This document shows positions 10,704-22,022 of a DNA stretch of 50,516 nucleotides, piece by piece. How positions within the stretch are numbered: the first letter of the stretch is position 1; each line of letters starts with the position of its first letter. The stretch spans positions 1 to 50,516 of the forward strand of contig NW_021834665.1 in assembly GCF_006345805.1 (NCBI RefSeq), read 5' to 3'. Position numbers and translations under genes: made by a program. The DNA is from Octopus sinensis. Its lineage: Eukaryota. The notes beneath the pieces were generated by a model. The model saw only the letters and a program-made list of their open reading frames with translations, was not told where the DNA came from and made no database searches.

Positions 10704-10810
10704 GACAGCTGTTTCGGCCGTGAAGACAGGTATGTCCCATTTAACCTATTAGCCATATAAAGCAGGTATAAATGAGACATTAACAAGAATATCCCACGGC
10801 CTCTTCACAG
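10704..10810 (-). ncRNA. Hammerhead-like motif with a large stem-II insert
   Basis: (CT)GTGAAGA, perfect stem GGCCGTG/CACGGCC enclosing ~72 nt, GAAAC-AGCT-GTC. The first core base is non-canonical. Confidence 0.55.
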
Positions 10811-12036
10811 AATTTAATGCAAGTATGAAAAAAATTTACATATAAATATAAATATGTGTGCATACACACTCATATTCTTACATATATATATATATACACA
10901 ATAATACAATATAAACAATATAGATCAATATACATCAACAAACACAATAATGTTCCATATTGAACTCCACAGTTCCATAACCAACGTCAAGGAACCACAA
11001 CATGTACACTCACACTCAAAGCAGGCATATATATTGAACAGTCCAATATATTAAAATGTGTTATTACACAAAAAGTCAATAAAATTAATATTAATATTAA
11101 TAACACCACGACTGTACCAACCAATGCACACAGACATCCACATATATACGCAATCATTCGAATTCCTCTGCCCGCATGGTATTGATTTTCATAGATGGAT
11201 TCGATTGGCCTATAGTTTTAAATTTGAATTACAATGGAAATTTTACGGTTAGTTAGCTAGGAAACATAGACACGCGCACGCACATCCACAAATCGTGCGC
11301 ACATACATACATAGTTATATGTATACACACACACACACACACACACCCACACACATACACACAGACATACCCACATACACAACCAAATCATAAATAAATA
11401 AATAAATAAATAATATAAGAGGTACTATCGCAACTATACACATGCAAAACAGAGGAACTCAACCGATTGCACATACATGCATGCAGACATCCACCCGCCC
11501 CGGACGGCACCATGGCCGTGGTATTAACTAAGTATTTACAAACAGATCCACTCACATATGTCCATAAATCCGTAAATGCAAACATACATATAATTATATC
11601 CAGATAGAGAGTGTAATTTGTCATAAGGTACATAATTCATGTTACACCGTATTTTTCGTAAACATAATATTTTAGAACTAAAAATGTCCGGAACTTTACC
11701 GCTGTTTTATTCAAACATTCGCTAAATTATAAAGTATAGAATACCCGTTTATGTTTGTCTATCAAAAGACATAAAAATATATATATACTAAGTTAACAGA
11801 GGTTTATAATAATTAAATTATAAGAAATTGATTGTAAAAAGTCAAAATACGCTAATATTCTAAGATATATAATCAAAATAACTCCTTATAGCTTATACAG
11901 ATAACCTCCCTACGTAAGAAGTCTAGTATTATTACAATACTAATATTTTTCTATTTAAAACCCTCCACCACGAACTAATAGAATTACACTCACATCCACA
12001 TGTCCATATATATACTCATGTGTAATATATATATAT

Positions 12037-12080
<44 letters not shown>

Positions 12081-12083
<3 letters not shown>

Positions 12084-12290
12084 AAGCCCGTCGTATATAT
12101 GTGTGTTTGTGTTTGTGTGTGTACGTGCGATGGTGTTTTTTGGTCCTCATAACATAGCGGTTCGGCAAAAGGACGAACAGAATAAGTACCAGGCTTCGAA
12201 ATAAGTACTGGAGTTGATTAGTTCGACTAAAAAATTCTCCAAAGCGGTGCCCAAGTATGGCCACAGTCTAAAAGTAAAAGAGAAAAAGTA
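12081..12290 (+). mobile_element. SINE family A 3' half, degenerate
   Basis: AGAAGCCCGTCG..GCGGTTCGGCAAAAG..ATGGCCACAGTC. Confidence 0.75.
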
Positions 12291-12536
12291 AAGGAAAATA
12301 GATAAATAAATAAATAAATAAGGATGTTTCTAAGACCAACGATGTTTCTTGCAAAACGAATCTTAGCCAATATCCAAGTCACAAATGCAAAAGGAAACGT
12401 ACTCGGCTAACGGACAGCTTGCTTGAAAAAGCATCTACGGAAAATATCAATTGACCACGGCGGAGCATTTTTCAGCTACACCAATCTACTCTGTCATTTA
12501 CTCCACCTCCTCCTGTGATTTTTACGCTCTCATACT

Positions 12537-12597
<61 letters not shown>

Positions 12598-12937
12598 CGT
12601 GCGTGCGTGCGTGTGTGTGTACGTGTGCGTGCGTGTACGTGTGCGTGCGTGTGCGTGCGTGTGCGTGTTTGTGTAGCGCTCCTTTACTCATTGCCTGCAA
12701 CCAAGATAAGTATGAGCACTCATCCTATACTTTTTATGTCAACTATGTCTCTACACTCTCTCTTTCTCTATGTGTGTGTGTGTGTTTGTCTTCTTTTTTT
12801 ATACAGTGGATCTCAAAGCACACATAAACTCATTAGTAACAGCAAGCAAATATTAGATGCGATTGTTTATAGCTTATATAAGCTTTCGACATCCACAGTT
12901 TCCAAAAACAGTTATTTCATGTTTCATTGAATATTAA

Positions 12938-12970
<33 letters not shown>

Positions 12971-12971
<1 letters not shown>

Positions 12972-13370
12972 TTTTATTCCTTTATTCTTTTATTTGTTTC
13001 AGTCATTCGACTGCGGCCATGCTGGAGCACCGCCTTTAGTAGAGCGAATAGACCCCCAGGACTTATTCTTTGTAAGCCTAGTACTTGTTCTATGGGTCTC
13101 ATTTGCCGAACCGCTAAGTTACGGGGACGTAAACACACCAACATCGGTTGTCAAGCGATTTTGGGGGGGGGCAAACACAGACACACACGCATACATACAT
13201 ATATATATATACGATGAGCTTCTTTCAGTTTCCGTCTACCAAATTCACTCACAAGGCTTTGGTCGGCCCCAGGTTATAGTAGAAGACATATGCCCAAGGT
13301 GCCACGCAATGGGACTGAACCCGGAACCATGTGGCTGGTAAGCAAGCTACTTACCACACAGCCACTCCTA
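12971..13370 (-). mobile_element. SINE family A, full length
   Basis: End-to-end match to 4288-4691. Confidence 0.9.
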
Positions 13371-13872
13371 TATTTGGTGGTAACTCAAACCTGAAACGTG
13401 TTGTTTTGTCTACCTCGAATAAAAGAATAATTTTGATTAAACATTTCTCTTTTGGTATTTGCTTTGATTAAATAATACGGGACATGTAACGGTACCACAA
13501 AGACTGATTGCTCCCAGATCACCTTTTCAATGAATATTAATAGGTGCAGTAGTCTCTTTCCAAAGCTATTCATGATGTGAATGAAAAATATTTGTAGTGT
13601 TGCACCCATTTTCTCATCCTTATTGTTATTTTTGCAATTTGCACTATATACAAAAGGAAATAGGTCATAAAGAGGCGGTTTATGCTAACTAAATAATTAT
13701 ACGAGCATGTATACGTTCAAAATTTAAATTTGAAAGGAGCGGAGCGAACGAGCGCAAGAAAAACAGAGAATATTCATAGGGATAGGAATAAATATAGGTG
13801 AAATATTTGCCGACAGCATTTTAATGTGGTGGGAGTAAGAAAAATGTAGACGTGTCGAATGTTCGTGTGTGT

Positions 13873-13955
<83 letters not shown>

Positions 13956-13989
13956 TGCATGTGTGTGAGAGAGATGTAAAGTAACTGTT

Positions 13990-14830
13990 GATCAGAGATG
14001 ACAAAGGCTACTAGTGATGAACGTCACCGGATCTTTTCGGTTTCAACGGCAGTTTTTTCTAGCTGTGTCATATGAAATTGTCACCCATAATTATGACCCT
14101 AGTATCGATCTATTGCATTTCAATCTGTTTTAGGGTTAGGGTTAGGGTTAGGGTTAGGGTTGGGTTAGGGTTAGGGGTGGGGGGAAGGGTATCTTTTTTT
14201 TCTGCACAAATGTAAATAAATCCAATCTGTTTCTTAAACGAGGGACATATTCATACGGCACAGAATGTTTTCACCTCAATAGACGGTCATTGATTGGTTG
14301 AAATTGCAGAAATTGAAGAAAAATAAACAACAAATATCTTACAAACTATAGAATTTTCTCAATAAAGCCCAGAGTAAAAGATGTTTTATAAACACATTCT
14401 ACCAGTATACAAAGTTTAAAATCTTTTAGTTACCTAGAAATCATATTTAAAACTGCCGTTCAAACCGAAAAGATCCACGTTACCTCTTCCATGGATGTCA
14501 CCGTCTGAAATCATGAAAAAACTTCATAAGTCATGCTCAGTCCCTAACGTCTCAGGAAGGTACCAGACTCTCTAGCACTGGATGGAAAAGCTTGAGAACG
14601 ACCCGCTTCTAAGAGATATAGGTATCTCCCCAACTGAAGACCTCTCTGCTGGCTCTGAAAAACCATGGATTCAGTGGAAGTCACTCAAAGACCTGAGAAT
14701 GAGAATGAGACGATCAAAAGTTGGTTTGGTCAGATGGGGCTACAAGACAGGTCCAATAACCTGTGAGTGTCGAGAAGCAGACCATGCTATGGAGTACGGC
14801 CATGTTTGTCCTCTAATGCCCAACCCTTAT
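13990..14830 (+). mobile_element. Vingi/Ingi-like LINE 3' fragment, split by a MITE
   Basis: After removing the MITE and one TSD the frame reads SEMTKATSDERHLFHGCHRLKS*KNF...W..WKSLKDLRMRMRRSK..RWGY..CECRE..AMEY..VCP, resembling the Vingi C-terminus (RHP..RLKSR; LNRLR; WG; CxC..H..C). The clade call is from recall. Confidence 0.65.
14029..14476 (+). mobile_element. GG-terminal MITE (Merlin-like), 28-bp TIRs, 8-bp TSD, internal (TTAGGG)n
   Basis: TIR GGATCTTTTCGGTTTCAACGGCAGTTTT / AAAACTGCCGTTCAAACCGAAAAGATCC; TSD ACGTCACC (14021-28) and ACGTTACC (14477-84); telomere-type array 14130-14176. Confidence 0.85.
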
Positions 14831-15230
14831 TCAAACAGTGACACTCAGCAATAATCTAGCCGGTCTGCGATCAAGAGCGTTTCCAATGTGACCCTCACGA
14901 CTTTTATTCAGACAATGAATTGCAGTAATGATCAGACAAACCTACGATCAAAGACGTTCCAGATAAGACCATCACTGTTTTTTTGTGAATCCAGAAATGA
15001 CCAAGCAGATCTTTGAACAAAGGCGTTCCAGATATGACAAACACGACTTTTATTCAAAAAGTGAATGTCAGCAATAACCAGGCAGGCCTACAATCAAAAA
15101 CCTAGACATGAACATCACGACCTATATTCAAACAGTGAATCACTGCACAGGTTCTAGATGTGGCCACCACGACTTTTATTCAGTGATCACAGAAATAATC
15201 AAGCGATGCTTTGATCAAAGGCCTGGTTGT
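14822..15230 (+). repeat. Degenerate ~74-77 bp minisatellite, about 5-6 units
   Basis: Anchor TTATTCA(A/G)ACA(G/A)TGA at 14827, 14904, 15050, 15124, 15176. Confidence 0.75.
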
Positions 15231-15799
15231 GAATCGAACTCCTTAAAAATTCGACCTCACAGCGCATACTCCGTCTACACACACACACGTGTGTGTGTGT
15301 GTCGGAAACGAAAAGACAGCCACTCTTTCCTTAAACCAGTGAAAAACAAGAGCGGTTTAATACTAAAATGGTTATCATTTGTTTATCAAACACGAGTAAC
15401 TTACAGTCACATTTAATAAAACACACAAGGTGGACGACAACGACGATGATGACCTTAGCAAAAAGTGTTTGTGGTTTTGCTTATATTGTGTAAAAAATAT
15501 GCCTAATTAATTTTTCAAAAAAAAGAGAGAAAAGAGGAAACTCATCAACTTTATTAGCTATGAATAAAATATATTTCAGCAACTAATTATATTGAAAATG
15601 ACTTTATTGTAGTTGTTTTAAGTAATTTTATTTAACATTGCCACAAACATAGGTTTTTACAATGACTGGAAGGAACACGAGTAACGACAGACGTACATGC
15701 ACATACATATATATTTGCATATATATTTGCATACGAACATATAGAAAGGAACTCCTAGAATGACAAGAAAATATACACATACACACGTTTCTCAGTCTG

Positions 15800-15857
<58 letters not shown>

Positions 15858-16402
15858 CTCTCTTTCTCACTCGCTCTCTTTCTCCCTCTCCCTCTATGTG
15901 TGTATATATATATATATGTAAATATAATATGTGACTATGTGACAATTATTCGGTAGCCATATAATGTGTGACAGTTATTCGGTAGCCATGTATATGTGTG
16001 CGTGTATCTATATGCATGCCTGTATATGTAAGTATGCTTGTATGTGTGTGTGTGTGTGTGCAAGCGTGCGTACGTATGTGTGAGTGAGAGAGAGAGAGAG
16101 AGGGAGAGAGAAAGAGAGCGTATGTTTGTGTGTGTATGTGTGTGCCTGGGAAGAAAAATCATTGTACACATGTGCACAATACATGTAAACTAACACACAC
16201 ATACCCACAGACATACGCTTAAACGCATTGCGTAGTCACGAGGGCGCAGACATACTATCACACGCGCGCGAGCACACACACACACCAATTACGCTCTATA
16301 GTTATGGTAAAGAATTGCAAATTCATTGACACAGTAACATTATTACGTCGATTTAATTACCTCAAAAAGGGTGTGGACTGGTCTTGCTAGTATTATTATT
16401 AT

Positions 16403-16610
16403 GAAGGCGACGAGCTGGCTGAATCGTTAGCACGCCGAGGGAAATGCTTAGCGGCATTTCGTCCATCTTTATGTTCTGAGTTCAAATTCCGCTGAGGTCG
16501 ACTTAGCTTTTCATCCTTTCGGGATCAATCAAATAAGTACCAGATGTGACTGACTAGCTCCCTCACCACAAATTTCAGGCCTTCTGTCTATAGTACAAAG
16601 GATCATTATT
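16403..16610 (+). mobile_element. tRNA-derived SINE family B (Nin/Deu-domain-like)
   Basis: GAAGGCG..GAGCTGGC..GTTCTGAGTTCAAATTCCG..GTCGACTT.GCTTTTCATCCTTTCGGG..AATAAGTACCAG, with an (ATT) tail. Confidence 0.85.
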
Positions 16611-16722
16611 ACCTCCGTCTTCGCTAAGGCGGAGGTATTGTTTTCAGTCGTGTTTGTTTGTTTGTCCGTGGACAAGATATCTCAAGAACCAATGGATGGA
16701 TTTGGATGAAACTTTCAGGGAT
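16606..16722 (+). mobile_element. HINE/Helentron-like 5' end
   Basis: TTATTACCTCCG..CGGAGGT hairpin, followed by a (GTTT)n core and GATTTGGATGAAACTTTCAGG. Confidence 0.55.
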
Positions 16723-16739
16723 GTGTGTGTATACCAGTT

Positions 16740-17390
16740 ACATGCTGGGGTCGATGTAATCGACTTAATTCCTTCGTCTATCCTTGTTTGTCCCTTCTAT
16801 GTTTAGCCCCTTGTGGGCAATGAAGAAATAAGAATCGTTAGCACACCGGACAAAAGGCTTAGCGGCATTTCGTATGTTTCTACGTTCTGGATTCAAATTC
16901 TCCCGAGATCGACTTTGCCTTTGTCCTTTGGGAGGCAATAAATTAAGTACCAGTGAAACACTGGGGTTGATGTAATCGACTAGTCCCCGCGTCACAAATC
17001 TGAGGCCTTGTGCCTCCAATAGAAAGGATTATTATTATTTATTAAGGCTGCGAGCTGGCAGAATCTTTAGCACGCTGGGCAAAATGTTGAGTGGTATTTC
17101 ATCTGCCGTTACGTTCTGAGTTCAAATTCCGCCGAGGTCGACTTTGCCTTTCATCCTTTTGGGGTCGATAAGATGAGTACCAGTTACGCACTGGGATCGA
17201 TATAATCAACTTAATCCGTCTGTCTGCCCTTGTTTGTGGGTAGTAAAGAAATAGGTATTTCGTATATTTCTACGTTCTGCGTTCAAATTCTCCCGAGATC
17301 GACTTTGCCTTTTATGCTTTCGGGGTCGATAAGATGAGTACCAGCTGAACATGGGGGTTGATGTAATCGTCTAGTCCTTTCTAACTAAAT
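16740..17390 (+). mobile_element. Cluster of 4 fused family B SINE copies or halves
   Basis: Repeated GTTCTG.GTTCAAATT and GTACCAG modules; long-tail junctions at ~16830 and 17253. Confidence 0.8.
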
Positions 17391-17838
17391 CATTACAGCA
17401 GTTGTTGTTATTCTCGTCATCTCCTACCACAGTATTATTATTTCAACAATGCTTTCCCATTTTCTGAAAGCAAATGAATTTATCATATACGCATACATAC
17501 ATTTCTGCTCTATTAAAAGCCAGTTTTTCCCTCCATGTTTTCTCCTTCGTGGATTTTACAATCGGATTTTAATTTAATAACAAACGTCACATAAGGCCAT
17601 TCGTGTTTCAATGATGTCGCCTCTGGTATAGGATGGCAGGGATGGGGGTGAGGGTCGGCGCTGGAATTATATCTCCATATTATCTGTTTAGTGCTTTAAT
17701 CGATCGAATTTCCATGTATTCCGTAGTTTTTTTTTCTTTTTTTATTCCGATCGATCGATTAATCGATTAATCTATTGATCGATCGATCATCATATCTCCG
17801 TTTGTCTATTTATCTATGCTCTCTATCTTTTTCTATCG

Positions 17839-17933
<95 letters not shown>

Positions 17934-18033
17934 CATACATATACGTGTGTCTTGTCTGTCTGTCTAACCTATCTATCAATCTGTTTGTCTATCTATCGAT
18001 CCATCTTTCCATAAATTTGTCAATGTCTGCCTG

Positions 18034-18070
<37 letters not shown>

Positions 18071-18219
18071 TTCTACCTACCTGTCTATCTGTTGGTGTCT
18101 TCTATCCATCTTTGTCAATCTGTCTCAATCTATTTATCGCTGTCAATCTTTCTGCCTGCCAATCTATATCTATCTATTCCTCAATCTATATGTATCAACA
18201 CATCTGTCTATCTGTGTCT

Positions 18220-18280
<61 letters not shown>

Positions 18281-18301
18281 AAACCTATCTATCTATCTAT
18301 A

Positions 18302-18350
<49 letters not shown>

Positions 18351-18360
18351 ATCTATCTAT
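17839..18360. repeat. (GATA)n then (CTAT)n arrays in opposite orientation
   Basis: (AGAT)n 17839-17931 and (CTAT)n ~18220-18360. Confidence 0.9.
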
Positions 18361-18716
18361 CAATCTTTTTACCCTTAATAAGCTTTTCTCTCGTTCCGCT
18401 ACTCTGTCCTTCTTTCATTGGTGTATTTAAATATATAACAAGTTGTTTTATCGTTAGTCACAAACCATGTAATCATTGTAAATAAACCATAAAACTCATC
18501 TCGTAAAACGTAACGAATGTAAAACAGATCTATTTTGACATGCATCGCTTGTAATATGTTTGCATTAACGTATGTCTGTATGTATGTAGGTAGGTAGTTA
18601 GGTAGGTAGGTAGGTAGGTAGGTAGGTAGGTAGGTAGGTAAGTAGGTAGGTAGTTATGCACGTATATAGGTTGGTATTTATACATGCATGCTTACAAACA
18701 AGTATGTTTATATAAT

Positions 18717-18847
18717 CTTTTCTACTCTAGGCACAAAGCCCGAAATTTTGGTGGGAGGAGGCTAGTTAATTAGATCGACCCAGTACGCAACTGGTACTTA
18801 ATTTATCGACTCCGAAAGGATGAAAGGCAAAGTCGACCTCGGCGGAA
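18717..18847 (-). mobile_element. SINE family B 3' part
   Basis: CTGGTACTTAATTTATCGAC..GGCAAAGTCGACCTCGGCGGAA. Confidence 0.85.
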
Positions 18848-18861
18848 GCCATATACCCACA

Positions 18862-18932
18862 GGCATATGGCATAGTGGTTAAGAGCACAGGCTACTAACC
18901 CCAAGATTCCGAGTTCAATTCCAGGCAGTGAT

Positions 18933-18936
<4 letters not shown>
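18862..18936 (+). mobile_element. Minimal tRNA-like SINE or retro-pseudogene with (AAT)n tail
   Basis: A box TGGCATAGTGG, B box GAGTTCAATTCC, directly followed by CTGAAT(AAT)n to ~19016. No pairing acceptor stem, so not a functional tRNA. Confidence 0.6.
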
Positions 18937-18972
<36 letters not shown>

Positions 18973-18983
18973 TAATAATAATA

Positions 18984-19018
<35 letters not shown>

Positions 19019-19113
19019 TGGCGGTGCATCAGCATGGCCACAGCTCTGAGCTGAAACTAGAGAGAAAAAAATATGAATATATAAAATATAAATTACAGGT
19101 GTGCAAACATATA

Positions 19114-19144
<31 letters not shown>

Positions 19145-19560
19145 ACAAAGATACATTTGCACATGTATGTGTATATATGTGTATAAAGATTATATCTATT
19201 TAAGTATGAATACGCACGCACACACATACTATATGCAATCTATATAATCTACATAAACACATACACATACAGACATATCTATCAATCTGTCCACCTAAGG
19301 TCGTTGCTTATAGTTGTTACTGCCATTGTCAAGTCAGACTTCATCCAGCAGTCAGTTCTATCAACACAAGAAACAAGCAAAACTAAAAAAAAACGTCTCT
19401 CAGATCCATTCTTTTAATAGTACGACGTCATAATCACATGGAATGTGATGTAACCGTCATCATTTCTTAAGATTTAATACTCCACACAGTATTTTATTGT
19501 CGGTTGTTAAGTTTCATGTAAAATACAAACGTTTGTTAGCTTTCTGTCCTTCTATGTTGC

Positions 19561-19769
19561 AGGCAGAATCGTTAGTACACCGGGCAAAATGCTGAGCGGT
19601 ATTTTCGTCTGTCGCTATACGTTCTGAGTTCAAATTCCGCCGAGGTCGACTTTATCTCCCATTGTTTTGGGGTGGATAAATTTAAGTACCAGTGAAACAC
19701 TGGGATCGATGTATTTGACTAGTCCCCTCCCTGAAAATTTCAGGCCTTGTGCTTTTAGTAGAAATTATT
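19561..19769 (+). mobile_element. SINE family B
   Basis: GGCAGAATCGTTAG..GTTCTGAGTTCAAATTCCGCCGAGGTCGAC. Confidence 0.85.
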
Positions 19770-20707
19770 GCAGCCCCTATTTGTTCTATGTACTTCTCAA
19801 GATTTTTACCCACTGTTCCCAGGGCTCCGACAATTATTGGTACTACTATCACCTTTTTCAGTGACCACAACTGCTTAACCTCCCAAGCTAACTATCTATC
19901 GACTTTCCTTTCTTCCTTATCGCATACCTTGTTGTCAGCTGGGCATGTTATATCTATGATCCAGCATAGCTTTCTTTCTTTCTTAATTAACACTATGTCT
20001 GGTTTCCTATTCTCTATCTCATGGTTGGGATCTTTTCTTTTTGAAAGCCAGATTTTTCAGATTTTTCTAGTTAACTAAATAATTTGAAACTTCGTATATT
20101 GGTAGAATGTGTCAAAAGAAAACAATAATTTCAACTAGTTTTTTTGACAAAAATGTATTTTATAAGTTTAAACGTAGTTTAAATCTGCGAATTTTAACCA
20201 ATCGTATTGTCTGTTTTCATTTGAAATTATTAGCTGCATAGTGTTAATGTGACATAGATAGCTATTTTGTGAGTGGGTAAGCAGTAAGCAAACAGCTGTG
20301 GTAGATGTGGTTATCATGACAGTGTTGGTAGTGGTGACAGTGGATGTGTATGATGGCAGCAATTATAGTGTTGGTGTTTTTGTAGAGGTGGTGGTGGTGG
20401 TAGCGGCGGCGGCAGTGGAAGATGATGATAATGATGATGATAGTAGTAGTAGCATTGATTATGTTAGGATGTCTCATGGATGGTAGTGTTGGTGTGTGTG
20501 TGTGTGTATGTATGGATCAAAACAGTTTGATTCAAAATCTGTGGTACTTATATATTCATACATATACATATACATGTAGATGTATATAACATATATATAT
20601 ATTGTATGTAAACATCTTTTATATATATATAATGTATGCATCTATAATACACACACATTATAAATATATACACATATATGCATATGTATTAGAATATGTG
20701 TGTATAG

Positions 20708-20748
<41 letters not shown>

Positions 20749-21790
20749 GCATGTTTGTATACATGTGTGTGTAGCTATTTAGGATCTACACAAATTTTAT
20801 ATATACTCCACGAAGTTTACGATAAGCGGAGATGTTTACATTTTAGCTATTTACATGTTTACGTTAACTACGTCACAAAATAGCTGTTTACGTCACAGTA
20901 ACAATATTTTGAGAAGCAGTAAATAATATGAGGCCGAAAGAAAGAATATCATTGGTTATAATTCGAATTTTTAAACAACGTTAAACTTAGAAATTACAAT
21001 TCCGTTTTCATTTTGGTTTACAATTATGTTTTCTTTTGACACATTCTACCAGTATACGAAATTTCAAATTGTTTAGTTAACTAGGAAAATCTGGCTTTCA
21101 AAAAGAAAAGATCCCATGGTTGCACTGAATCATAAAATCCCATAGGATCTTTGCATTCTCATTTTCGATGATGCCTTCGAGTTTATGTTCGTACCATTTT
21201 CTTGCTCTGTCAGGTCCATATTTGTTGCAAAGTGTCCACTGGACAAGCTTTGCTATATTGTCATGACGTCTCCTATATTCTTTCTGGGCTAGTGACGTAC
21301 ATTGACAGGTAATATGCCATACGGTTTCACTATTTTGTCCACAAATTCTGCATTTATCACTTTCTGATGTGCTGTCTAGTCTGTAGTTGATGTAATTGGT
21401 TCTTAATGCTTGCTCTTGGGCAGCACAGATTACAACCTCTAATTCCAGTTTTAAATCAATTTTAGTCATTCATAGCCATCTTTTTTCTCTATCAGTCTTA
21501 TCTTCAACATTTCTATGAAATTGTCCATGCATCTTTTTTATCCACCTATTTTCAGTTTCATTCATTTTCAAGTCCTTGTACAGTGCTTTGACTTTGCAAT
21601 CTTCCATCCTACACAAGTCCGATCGTCTTGCTTCCAATAATAGCAGTAAGCCTGTGGCATTTTTTACATACCATGCTATGTTGTTTTCTTCTGCTTTAAA
21701 GCTGTGTCCGCAACCCATCACTCTTCTTCGCCCTCTTTTACTTGGTACATACAATCTGTCTGTGTCACTTGTTGGGTGGGGTAACATTTA
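19770..21790 (-). mobile_element. R4/Dong-like LINE 3' fragment, split by a TIR element
   Basis: LYVPSKRGRR..MHGQF..CAAQEQALRTNY..CRICG..ETVWHITCQC..RRHD..LWDFMIQCNH| then resumes at 20027 with EIENRKPDIV..IIDITCPAD..VPIIVGALG. Confidence 0.88.
20028..21114. mobile_element. 1087-bp long-TIR non-autonomous DNA transposon (Merlin-like), perfect 8-bp TSD
   Basis: TSD CATGGTTG at 20020-27 and 21115-22; termini GGATCTTTTCTTTTTGAAAGCCAG; ~90-bp close TIRs decaying out to ~250 bp. Confidence 0.9.
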
Positions 21791-21958
21791 ATAATACCTT
21801 TTCATTATAAACGGAAATAATAATAATGATGGTAATAATAGTGATAATAATAATAATGATAATAATAATAATAATTTCGCCAAAACTCATGACGGATCAG
21901 ATGAAATATTAACAATGACAAATAGTAAAAAAAACTGAAAATAATATCAGTGATGATG

Positions 21959-22020
<62 letters not shown>

Positions 22021-22022
<2 letters not shown>

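Noticed and set aside
14130-14176. True telomere or chromosome fusion scar
   Set aside because: Short array inside a TSD-bounded MITE, present at the same site in a second copy.
17700-17790. (GATC)n palindromic patch
   Set aside because: Most simply a mutated edge of the adjacent (GATA)n array.
18862-18936. Functional tRNA gene (also the SINE heads)
   Set aside because: A/B boxes are present but there is no acceptor stem or complete cloverleaf; the apparent anticodon ACT is implausible.
20262-20486. Poly-H/T/V ORFs
   Set aside because: Degenerate triplet repeats inside a non-autonomous transposon.
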